Source: a virus (taxonomy: Duplodnaviria > Caudoviricetes). Taken from it: a DNA stretch of 50,090 nt. Position 1 is the stretch's first letter. Each line of letters starts with the position of its first letter. The position numbers and the translations under genes are program-made. Below, piece after piece: positions 1 through 7,291 of the stretch. The notes under the pieces are model-generated. The model saw only the letters and a program-made list of their open reading frames with translations. It ran no database searches and was not told the origin of the DNA. The stretch spans positions 1-50,090 of the IMG/VR virus record IMGVR_UViG_3300045000_000015, one strand, 5' to 3'.

Positions 1-191
1 ACCGATGCGGCTTCCCGTCCGCCAGCAGCTCCGCCAGGGCGCGCATGGCGGGGTAGGTCTTGTGCCCAGCAAGGGGCGGTTTCTGTGGCATAAAGCTCCG
101 TCCATAGTGGCTTTCACCTAAGGCGTATTACCACCGGGCTGAGGTGACTAACCGGTGGAGTAAGAGGCGGTACCCCTTAGGCGACCCACAC
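1..191. repeat. Terminal direct repeat, left copy (matches 49900-50090)
   Basis: 191 nt identical to the end of the window except T128 vs A50027. Confidence 0.95.
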
Positions 192-483
192 GGTGGCCAC
201 CTTCATCCCTTCGGGAGTACTCCTATGGAGGTATCTCCCCCTGTGCCAGGGGAGGGACAGCCACGCTGCGGACTGCCCACCCTGGCTTCGGGCGAAGGAG
301 CGGCCTAGACCCCAGTAAAGCCGCGATCCCCGACGTGCTGTTATGGGTAATGATCTTGTGCCCCATGTCACACAAGGAAGTATCCATCAAGATCACTGAC
401 TAGCACAGAACATCGGGTTTCATCACTAGACTTGAACTAGATGGACGCCCCCTGCCCGCGCGTGCCCGGGAGGGGGGAGCGCC

Positions 484-777
484 ATGCTGATGTGCCTGAC
501 GTGTGGACGGCTCAGCAAACAGAGCCGTTGCCCACTCCATCGGAAGACCACTGCCCGCGGGCTTGGGGCCGCTCACCGCGCTGAGCGCCAGGCGAGGATG
601 CTCGTAGCGCCCTGGTGTGCGCAATGCGGGCATCGCGTCTGTGGAGATCCCGCCTGTATCCGATGTCCCTTGCAGCTTGATCACGTGGTACCTCGCCAGT
701 ATCGAGTCACTGACTCCCGGCGCCGTTTGCTGTGCATTGTCTGCCATAAGGCAAAGACGAAAGGAGGCGGGGCATGA
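484..777 (+). CDS. HNH endonuclease (probable terminase-associated HNH)
   Basis: CxxC...C N-terminus, CAQC, LQLDHVVP, LCIVCHKAKT motifs. Confidence 0.85.
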   Translation: MLMCLTCGRLSKQSRCPLHRKTTARGLGAAHRAERQARMLVAPWCAQCGHRVCGDPACIRCPLQLDHVVPRQYRVTDSRRRLLCIVCHKAKTKGGGA

Positions 778-842
778 GTCTTGCTGAAATTGCCCTGGTA
801 GTTGCGGGTGTCGCACTGCTGATCGTACTCATTCGTCGATAG
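774..842 (+). CDS. 22-aa single-TM micropeptide (MSLAEIALVVAGVALLIVLIRR)
   Basis: ATGA overlap with HNH stop, AAGGAGG RBS at 761-767, fills the gap before 851. Confidence 0.6.
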   Translation: MSLAEIALVVAGVALLIVLIRR

Positions 843-850
843 GAGACCAT

Positions 851-1507
851 ATGCCTTATAATGATGCCGCTAAGAATGTGATGCTAGACGCGCTGGATGA
901 ATCAGCGGCCCTCGGTGCTGACTTCATTGGCATCCAGACTCTCACTGATCCCGGTACCGGTACGAACCTTATCGGTGGCGAAGTCACTGGGGGATCTCCC
1001 GCGTATGCACGTCTTGGTGTGACCTGGGGTGCCGCGGCAGCCGGCATCAAGCAGAATACCGGCGCACTTACCTTCGACGTTCCTGCCGGTACCTATGGCT
1101 TCTACACACTGTGGAATGCGGTTTCTGGCAACACTGGCAACTTCCTCGGTTACCTGCCATTCGGTGGTGCGGTCAAGGGATACGGCGAGGTGGACTCTAC
1201 GGGGGTCACCAATGACACTGTCACGTCGTCCGGCCACGGTCTGACCACGGATGACCGGGTCATGTTCTTCAATGTCTTCGGGGAGGCTATTCCCACGGGG
1301 CTTGTCGAGGGCACCGTTTACTTTGTGCTCGCGTCGGGTCTGACTACAGACGTGTTCAAGGTTGCGACTACCTCAGGTGGTTCGGCGATCAACATCACGG
1401 CACAGGGTGAAGTCTTTTTCCAGAAGGTGGTACCTGAAGTCTTCGGTGCGCAAGGTCAGATCGTGGCTGCGGTTGGCGCGCTCACGCTTGACCTCACCGC
1501 AATGTAG
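851..1507 (+). CDS. Putative virion structural / minor tail (fibre-associated) protein
   Basis: AGGAG RBS; YARxxVTW...LTFDVP...LWNAVSG..GNFLG pattern typical of phage tail proteins; Gly/Thr-rich. Confidence 0.7.
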   Translation: MPYNDAAKNVMLDALDESAALGADFIGIQTLTDPGTGTNLIGGEVTGGSPAYARLGVTWGAAAAGIKQNTGALTFDVPAGTYGFYTLWNAVSGNTGNFLGYLPFGGAVKGYGEVDSTGVTNDTVTSSGHGLTTDDRVMFFNVFGEAIPTGLVEGTVYFVLASGLTTDVFKVATTSGGSAINITAQGEVFFQKVVPEVFGAQGQIVAAVGALTLDLTAM

Positions 1508-1509
1508 AC

Positions 1510-4221
1510 ATGGCGATAACCGTCACGGTTGGCACGCCGAGTGCCATTCCGGCGACATCGTCTGTCAATAACGTTCCTTACCCCGCGGGGGTCGCACTGG
1601 GGGATGTCCTCATCCTGGGGATGTCCTCCGCGCAGAACCTCACCGCGCCTAGTGGTTGGACCGTTGTCCAGAACTACACGGTGTCGCCAAAGGGTGGCCT
1701 GTTCTGGATAGCAGCGACATCGACGGAAGTGGCCGCAAGTGCTGCCTCCGGCTCGTTGGCGGTATCAGAGATATCGGTAGGGGTATCCGCGGGTTGCATG
1801 CTGCTACTGAAGAACGCTGTCAACACTGCGTCTGACGTTACGTCCAATGTGGTCGACACGGTCACGACAGACACGTCCATCGTCATTCCCTCAGTGACTA
1901 CGACTGTCACCAACGACATGCTGATCATGTACTGGGGTGACAATTCGTCGAGTCACACGGTCACGGGGGTCACTCCCTCGGGGGCCACACTGGACGTTGA
2001 CTACGTCACGTCGGGGTTGGCTCGCGGTGGTGGCTTCTGGCATGAGACCATAGCTGCCGCTGGCGCCACCGGTACCCGGTCACTGGCCACGCAAACGAAT
2101 AACACGAAGTTCGGTATTGCTCTCGCGTTCAAGCCCGCGGCAGTGTCGCGTACGCCTGCCGGCATCGGCTTCGCTGGCACGTCAGGCACGGGAACCACTA
2201 AGAAGGTTGCCCGTCCTGTAGCCTCGTCCTGCGCTGGCGCTAGTGGCCGCGGAGTGCAGCTCAAGAAGACATCGTCCATTGTGGCTAGTAGCTCAGCCGG
2301 TGGATCAGGGCAGGGCATACAGCTCAAGAAGCGGTCTTTGACCGGGTCTGCGTTTGCTGGCGCGGCTGCTTACCGCATGCCCAAGGTGGCAAACCCTGTT
2401 GGCACGGCTTACGTCGGTGCGTCCGGTGTTGGCGTCCAGCTCAAGAAGCGGTCTCTGACTGCGTCCGGCTTCGCGGGCGCGTCGGGCCAGGCAGATGCCC
2501 CAGCAGCTACGTTCACCGGCAACTACCCACATGACCTACTGGGGTTGGTGCATTTTCGTTGGCAGTCGCCTGAGAACAGCTCGGGTGTGCTGGGCACCAT
2601 CGGCGATGCTGCTGCAAACAACATCCCGTCGAGCCCTTCCGATAAGACAACCATCCTGGACTACGCGGATTCGCCGTGGTTCACGCTGGTGTCCAACCCG
2701 GTAGCTGCCAGTGCCTATGTGCAGATGCGTGCTCCCGCCCTGGGCAGCACGACAGCATCGGGCGCGTCCGCTAAGGTGCGTTCCGAGCTACGGGAGCTGG
2801 ACTACCCGACCAACAATGCCGTCTCAGCGTGGGACGCTAACGCCGGTGGTCCGCACGTCGCGTATATACGGACGATGGTCACACAGGTTGTTCACGCCAC
2901 CACGCACAACGATCAGGTGTGTATCGCCCAGTGCCATAGGACCACATCGGACGGTGTGCTGTTCTACTACGATGACACCCTGGGTCAGCTCAAGTGGAAG
3001 CTGAACAGCGTCATCAATGCCGGCAACGCGGGCAGCTACACCAAGGGCACGTGGATCAACATCGCATTGGTGGTCAACGCCCACCTGTGTGACATCTATG
3101 TCAACGGGGTTCAGAAAGCTAGCGGGCTTGACCTGACCACCGGGGATTCGGATACCGCTTGCTACTTCAAGGCGGGATGTTACAACCTCACTAACCCGTC
3201 CGATGGGGACTCGAACACCGACTACTCCGAAGTGCACCTGAACGGTGTACAGGTTGGTCACGGCACGGCGTACGACCCGAACCACCCCTACGGTGCGAGT
3301 GGGCCAGGCGTTAATACCGTCTTGCACTCCCCCCGGGGTTACGCGTTCGGTGGCTCCGGCGTATCAGCTGTGGCACGTAAGAGCGTGTCTTTGGCGGCTG
3401 TTGGCTCGGTGGGTACCACGGGCCATGCTGCTGCTACTCACGTAGCCAAGGCTGCCGGGTTGACTTCTGCGGGGTCGCTGGGTAGTGCGGTCACGCTTAA
3501 GGCCGCGTCATCGGCAGGTCTCGCAACCACGGGCACCGTTGGCCGAGCTGCGGCATTGAAGTCAGTGTCACGGGCAGGGCTCAGCGTTGCTGGGACAGTG
3601 GGTCGCTCCACTATGGCCCATGTTGCGGCACGCTTGGGGGTCTCATGTGCGGGCGCCACGGGCCTATCCGTCGCTCTGCACAAGGGCAAGCTGACGGGTC
3701 AGGCTACTGCTGGTGGTGCACCGTCCGCTACGCGGGTGCCTACCAAGACACCTGTAGGCAGCGCGTTCGCCGGACCTAGTGGCCGGAGCGTGGCGCTACA
3801 CAAGGCACTGCCGTCCGGTATGGACTGTGCTGCTGGCACTACATCCGGTGTGGCATCGCATCGCGCACCATGCTCCGGTCTGATCACGGCAGGAAGCATT
3901 GGGCGAGGCGTGGCGCTACACAAGGCGCTGCTGTCCGGTATGGACTGTGCCGCTGGCACCACACACGCCGTTGCTCTGCATCGGGCACCTCGCTCGGGCT
4001 TGGTCACGGCAGGTGTCGTGTGTGTCGCTGTCGCTACTAAGTCGCGGTCTCTGGCAGGCGTTGCTGTCGCTGGTCCCGTAGCGCTGTCCGCATCACCAAC
4101 AAGCCCTCCCCTTCCCCCCCGCACACAACGCTTGGTCGGGCCGAGTCCTCCATGCGCGCATGAGACTGCGGTCATAGACGAGCCCTTCCCCGTAGCCGGT
4201 GGTCCATTGACGGTTACATAG
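1510..4221 (+). CDS. Tail fibre/spike-like protein with central polysaccharide lyase family 7 (alginate lyase-like) domain and Gly/Ala/Ser repeats
   Basis: PL7-like motifs RSELRE (~2779), QCH (2929) and YFKAGCYN (3163); ~20-aa repeats on both sides. Confidence 0.75.
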   Translation: MAITVTVGTPSAIPATSSVNNVPYPAGVALGDVLILGMSSAQNLTAPSGWTVVQNYTVSPKGGLFWIAATSTEVAASAASGSLAVSEISVGVSAGCMLLLKNAVNTASDVTSNVVDTVTTDTSIVIPSVTTTVTNDMLIMYWGDNSSSHTVTGVTPSGATLDVDYVTSGLARGGGFWHETIAAAGATGTRSLATQTNNTKFGIALAFKPAAVSRTPAGIGFAGTSGTGTTKKVARPVASSCAGASGRGVQLKKTSSIVASSSAGGSGQGIQLKKRSLTGSAFAGAAAYRMPKVANPVGTAYVGASGVGVQLKKRSLTASGFAGASGQADAPAATFTGNYPHDLLGLVHFRWQSPENSSGVLGTIGDAAANNIPSSPSDKTTILDYADSPWFTLVSNPVAASAYVQMRAPALGSTTASGASAKVRSELRELDYPTNNAVSAWDANAGGPHVAYIRTMVTQVVHATTHNDQVCIAQCHRTTSDGVLFYYDDTLGQLKWKLNSVINAGNAGSYTKGTWINIALVVNAHLCDIYVNGVQKASGLDLTTGDSDTACYFKAGCYNLTNPSDGDSNTDYSEVHLNGVQVGHGTAYDPNHPYGASGPGVNTVLHSPRGYAFGGSGVSAVARKSVSLAAVGSVGTTGHAAATHVAKAAGLTSAGSLGSAVTLKAASSAGLATTGTVGRAAALKSVSRAGLSVAGTVGRSTMAHVAARLGVSCAGATGLSVALHKGKLTGQATAGGAPSATRVPTKTPVGSAFAGPSGRSVALHKALPSGMDCAAGTTSGVASHRAPCSGLITAGSIGRGVALHKALLSGMDCAAGTTHAVALHRAPRSGLVTAGVVCVAVATKSRSLAGVAVAGPVALSASPTSPPLPPRTQRLVGPSPPCAHETAVIDEPFPVAGGPLTVT
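3788..3959 (+). repeat. 120-bp-period tandem repeat within the tail fibre gene
   Basis: gcgtggcgctacacaaggc...ccggtatggactgtgc at ~3788 and ~3908. Confidence 0.8.
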
Positions 4222-4249
4222 CAAACCAACCCCCAGAGGAGACCTACCC

Positions 4250-4582
4250 ATGGCTGTTGTCACCGTTACCCCCACCGTCCCTGTACCTAGTGGTGCTGCC
4301 CTCCCCGCTGAGTCAGCTGTCGTCACTGCGGGCACCGACTCATTCAGCGTTCGTAACAGTGGGTCGGTACTGCTGTTGTTCCACGCGACTACGGCCAATG
4401 CTCGCACTGGGACCGTGGTTACCACGGCGACTGTGGCTGGGCTCGCTGTCGCTGACCAGCCTGTGCCGGTGGTCGCTAGTGGGTACAACGTCGCTGGCCC
4501 ATTCCCTGTTGCCATCTATGGCAATCCATTGACCGTTACAGTTGACAACGTCGATCTAACTGTGCGTGCTATTGAAGGTTAG
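4250..4582 (+). CDS. Hypothetical beta-rich structural protein
   Basis: AGAGGAG RBS, Val/Thr-rich, co-oriented with tail genes. Confidence 0.7.
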   Translation: MAVVTVTPTVPVPSGAALPAESAVVTAGTDSFSVRNSGSVLLLFHATTANARTGTVVTTATVAGLAVADQPVPVVASGYNVAGPFPVAIYGNPLTVTVDNVDLTVRAIEG

Positions 4583-4601
4583 TCACGCTTAGTAGCTAAT
4601 C

Positions 4602-4951
4602 ACAATGGTGTAACTACAATAACCGAAAGGCACGTATTTACGGTTGTGATAGTTACATCGTTGTAGGCATTCGTCTATTGTGATGTGTGAATGGTTGACG
4701 GTCGTTGACCAGGCAATATAGACGGCCATCGCATTCACAAATCTATATGCGAAATGACCTCAATGAGCGTTCCGGCGCCGCGTGAGCGCCCGCGAAATCG
4801 GGCACCTTTCATCCATGCGCGTGCATGTAACACCGTGCGTGACATAGATAAATTGACAGTCGTGCTCGCGCTACGGTCTGTGACAACTAGGCATCTAAAT
4901 ACGTGCCAAAGGCGGCCCTCACGCCGCTGGGTATTTTAGCGCGAGGGCCGC
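4602..4951 (+). ncRNA. Putative structured ncRNA, 5' domain with long-range pseudoknot
   Basis: Stem 4602-4616/4650-4664 with two G-U pairs; loop 4629-4640 exactly complementary to 4896-4907; further stems TGTGAATG/CATTCACA and 4912-4920/4943-4951. Confidence 0.6.
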
Positions 4952-5008
4952 GAACGCAGACTAGCAGTGCCGCGTAGAAGCGATGTTGTATATAGACAGC
5001 CTTGAGCA

Positions 5009-5528
5009 GTTGGCCCGGGAAACAACCGAAACTTGTCCCCCGGGCCAACGTACTCCCCTGCCCTTTGTGCGAGGGAAGTGGGGGTGAGAGTCCCCCACGC
5101 ACACATCGGGCAGAAGTCTTGAGGTGGCTGGCCCGGGAACAGCAACGAGGAGCAACCATCCCCGGGCCAGCTTTAGCACCCCTCAGCCTTCCTCTCCACA
5201 CCGGCCCAGACTCCGGAGTGTGGGACTGGGGGGTCCCCTGTCGCTGCGTCGGGTCGGTGTACCCCACAGAGACAGAAATCTTGGTGGCTGGCCCCGGGAA
5301 CCGAACCCATGCGCTGATCGAGAACCCAGCCCCGGGGCCAGCACACCCCCTGTCGCTGCATACCTTCCAAACACAGCGACAGAAGTCAAGCTTTGAACGG
5401 GTTGGCCCGGGAACGGTTACGAACCAGGAGGGGAAAGAACCGCTCCCGGGCCAACTTTTGCACCCCCGGCCCGCTCTTGACCTACAACGCTTTCCACACC
5501 AAGGTCACGTTGTAGGGGACCGGGGGGT
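5009..5528 (+). repeat. Modular array of repeated stem-loops (4x module B, 3x module A, 2x module C), putative ncRNA
   Basis: GYTGGCC(C)CGGG...CCCG(G)GGCCARC at 5009-5049, 5127-5171, 5287-5342 and 5401-5455 with compensatory changes; CCCCTGYC...GRCAGAARTC modules between them. Confidence 0.8.
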
Positions 5529-5529
5529 T

Positions 5530-5757
5530 AAGGGTTGCAGCTGGCACGGCTGCATCCTTGCTTAGGCCAGCCCCCCGCACACAACCGCTGGCCGCAGTTA
5601 GTTGCCCGTGCGCAAGGGGCTGGCGTCTCTGGCCAAAACCCCCTGGTGCGCTCCCGGTCCTGAACGACGAGAGGAAACAGAAGCGCACCAGGAGGGGACG
5701 AGGCTGCATTACTCCTGTGAATGCGTTGGCGAAAACAGGAGTTGCCGTGCACTCGTC
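5530..5757 (+). ncRNA. Four further consecutive hairpins, 3' part of the structured locus
   Basis: Stems 5530-5541/5549-5559, 5566-5574/5616-5624, 5642-5652/5682-5692 and 5697-5702/5752-5757 (with inner stem 5711-5718/5735-5742). Confidence 0.5.
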
Positions 5758-5762
5758 ATCTT

Positions 5763-6050
5763 TTAGAGGGTCTGCTCCTGCACCGGCGAGGCTTCGGAGC
5801 CAGCACCCTCCCATGAGGAGATGGCCGTCTCCTCAGGTCTCGTTTTGCGCCAAGTCGCGTTGTCGTATATCGAGGAGACGTCCCAGCCTCCGAACTTCTC
5901 CGCGTCCATGAGCCGTCGGAGCCGTGTTGGCCGTTGATTGGGAGTGGGATGCATAAGCACGTCAAGCCCGGAGCCAGGAAGGGTTACCCATATACCCGGC
6001 CTTACTGTTAGGTATTCAATCACGATATCCGGCATTGCGTGCCTAGGCAT
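5763..6050 (-). CDS. Hypothetical protein divergent from the XRE gene
   Basis: AGGAGG RBS upstream on the - strand; natural-looking composition. Confidence 0.6.
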   Translation of the reverse strand: MPRHAMPDIVIEYLTVRPGIWVTLPGSGLDVLMHPTPNQRPTRLRRLMDAEKFGGWDVSSIYDNATWRKTRPEETAISSWEGAGSEASPVQEQTL

Positions 6051-6258
6051 CCCACTAACCTCCTAGCTGGACAGAGGTACGTGGCGCCCAGGTCCACGGG
6101 GCTCCGAGCGCCACTCTCACCTACTTGCGGGGGCCGCCTTCCGGGGGAAAGTTGACCTCCGCTTGACACAAGACGTTAGTAGCCGGTCAGTGGCATAATC
6201 CATAGTCAACACCCGCACAACGCGGAGTAATTTTCACGGGCTAGGCTGTGATTAGGGC

Positions 6259-7059
6259 GTGATTATGGATCTCTTCGTCGACGAACTCCGCCAAGCGCGG
6301 CAGGCAGCTGACCTGACTCAGGCACAGCTGGCTGACAAGATCGGGTATTCACAGAGCCTCGTGGCGTCCGTCGAGACCGGAAAGCGTGCACCCTCTAAAG
6401 AGTTCGCCATCCAGTGTGACTTGGCACTCGGTACAGGTGGGTTGCTAGCTCGGCTCCTGGAGCACGTCCTACGCCAGCAGACAACTCCGATATGGTTCCA
6501 GCCATGGCTAGACGTGGAGCGCCAGGCAACGGCTCTTCGTACCTATGGCCCGCTGCTAGTACCCGGACTGCTTCAGACAGAGGACTACGCCAGGGCGCTG
6601 CTGCGAGACGAAACTAGGGTGTCGACTCGCATGGAGCGCCAGGAGATCTTAGATGCTCTGTCAGACTTCATCGTCGTTATAGACGAGTATGTGTTAATGC
6701 GTCCCATCGGCAGCGCGGATGTGATGAGCACCCAGATAACTCGGCTGCTTGAAGATTCACGCGCCACAGTGCATGTCGTACCAGCGGCTACAGGCTTCTA
6801 TAGTGGGCTTGACGGCGCGTTTACGGTCGCTGTGGTCGATGGCACTGAGTGCGCGGTCGTTGACAACAGGTTACGCGGGCAAGTCGTCGAGCTGCCGGAA
6901 GACCTGGCCGTGATCCGTAGTGCATGGGAGGCGGTACGCTCGGAGGCACTCCCTAGAAGCCAATCAGCAGTGCTCTTGAAAGAAGCGTGTAACCGATGGA
7001 ACTCAAGTGGCGCAAGTCCGCTCGCTCCAATGGGAGTGGGGGAGACTGCGTTGAAGTAG
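6259..7059 (+). CDS. XRE-family HTH regulator with DUF5753 domain (WhiJ-like)
   Basis: N-terminal HTH (LRQARQAADLTQAQLA...VASVETGKRAP) and LVPGLLQTEDYARALL signature. Confidence 0.9.
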   Translation: MIMDLFVDELRQARQAADLTQAQLADKIGYSQSLVASVETGKRAPSKEFAIQCDLALGTGGLLARLLEHVLRQQTTPIWFQPWLDVERQATALRTYGPLLVPGLLQTEDYARALLRDETRVSTRMERQEILDALSDFIVVIDEYVLMRPIGSADVMSTQITRLLEDSRATVHVVPAATGFYSGLDGAFTVAVVDGTECAVVDNRLRGQVVELPEDLAVIRSAWEAVRSEALPRSQSAVLLKEACNRWNSSGASPLAPMGVGETALK

Positions 7060-7184
7060 CTGACAACCTGCCCGGCGCTGTCTACGTGCGTGACAGCAAG
7101 AACCCTACTGGCCCGTGGCTCTGCGTCAGCCACGCGGCGTGGCGTGATCTCGTCGAAGCCGTTAAGAACGACAATCTTCGATAA
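6996..7184 (+). CDS. DUF397 family protein (BldB-like partner of XRE-DUF5753)
   Basis: WRKSxRS...GGDCVEVA...VRDSK signature. Confidence 0.92.
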   Translation: MELKWRKSARSNGSGGDCVEVADNLPGAVYVRDSKNPTGPWLCVSHAAWRDLVEAVKNDNLR

Positions 7185-7206
7185 GCCATCTGACCAGGCA
7201 AAACAC

Positions 7207-7258
7207 GGGTACTCCCAATAACTGGGTCAGCACGCTCAGGATTGACTTAGCAGTACCC
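7207..7258. other. Candidate attP site
   Basis: 52-bp imperfect inverted repeat (GGGTACTcCcAA...TTaGcAGTACCC) directly upstream of the serine integrase; size typical of large serine recombinase attP. Confidence 0.45.
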
Positions 7259-7291
7259 CCAGGCTTACCCTCTTACCGAGGGGGTGAGACC

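Noticed and set aside
4950-5000. Group I intron core (GCAGACTA resembles the R element)
   Set aside because: No matching S element and no interrupted gene
5108-5390. Hairpin ribozyme (CAGAAGTC resembles loop A) or Y RNA (GCTGGCCCG start)
   Set aside because: No correctly placed N*GUC strand or loop B; B stems lack the bulged C of Ro60-binding helices and no Ro60 gene is present
5009-5455. CRISPR or TIGR-type array
   Set aside because: Irregular period (118, 160, 114 nt), variable sequence lies inside hairpin loops, and no cas operon or Nop-domain gene; the Cas4-like nuclease is a common stand-alone phage gene
5002-5565. 187-aa ORF and overlapping ORFs across the hairpin array
   Set aside because: TTG start without a clear RBS and Pro/Gly-rich translation; covarying stems are better explained by RNA structure
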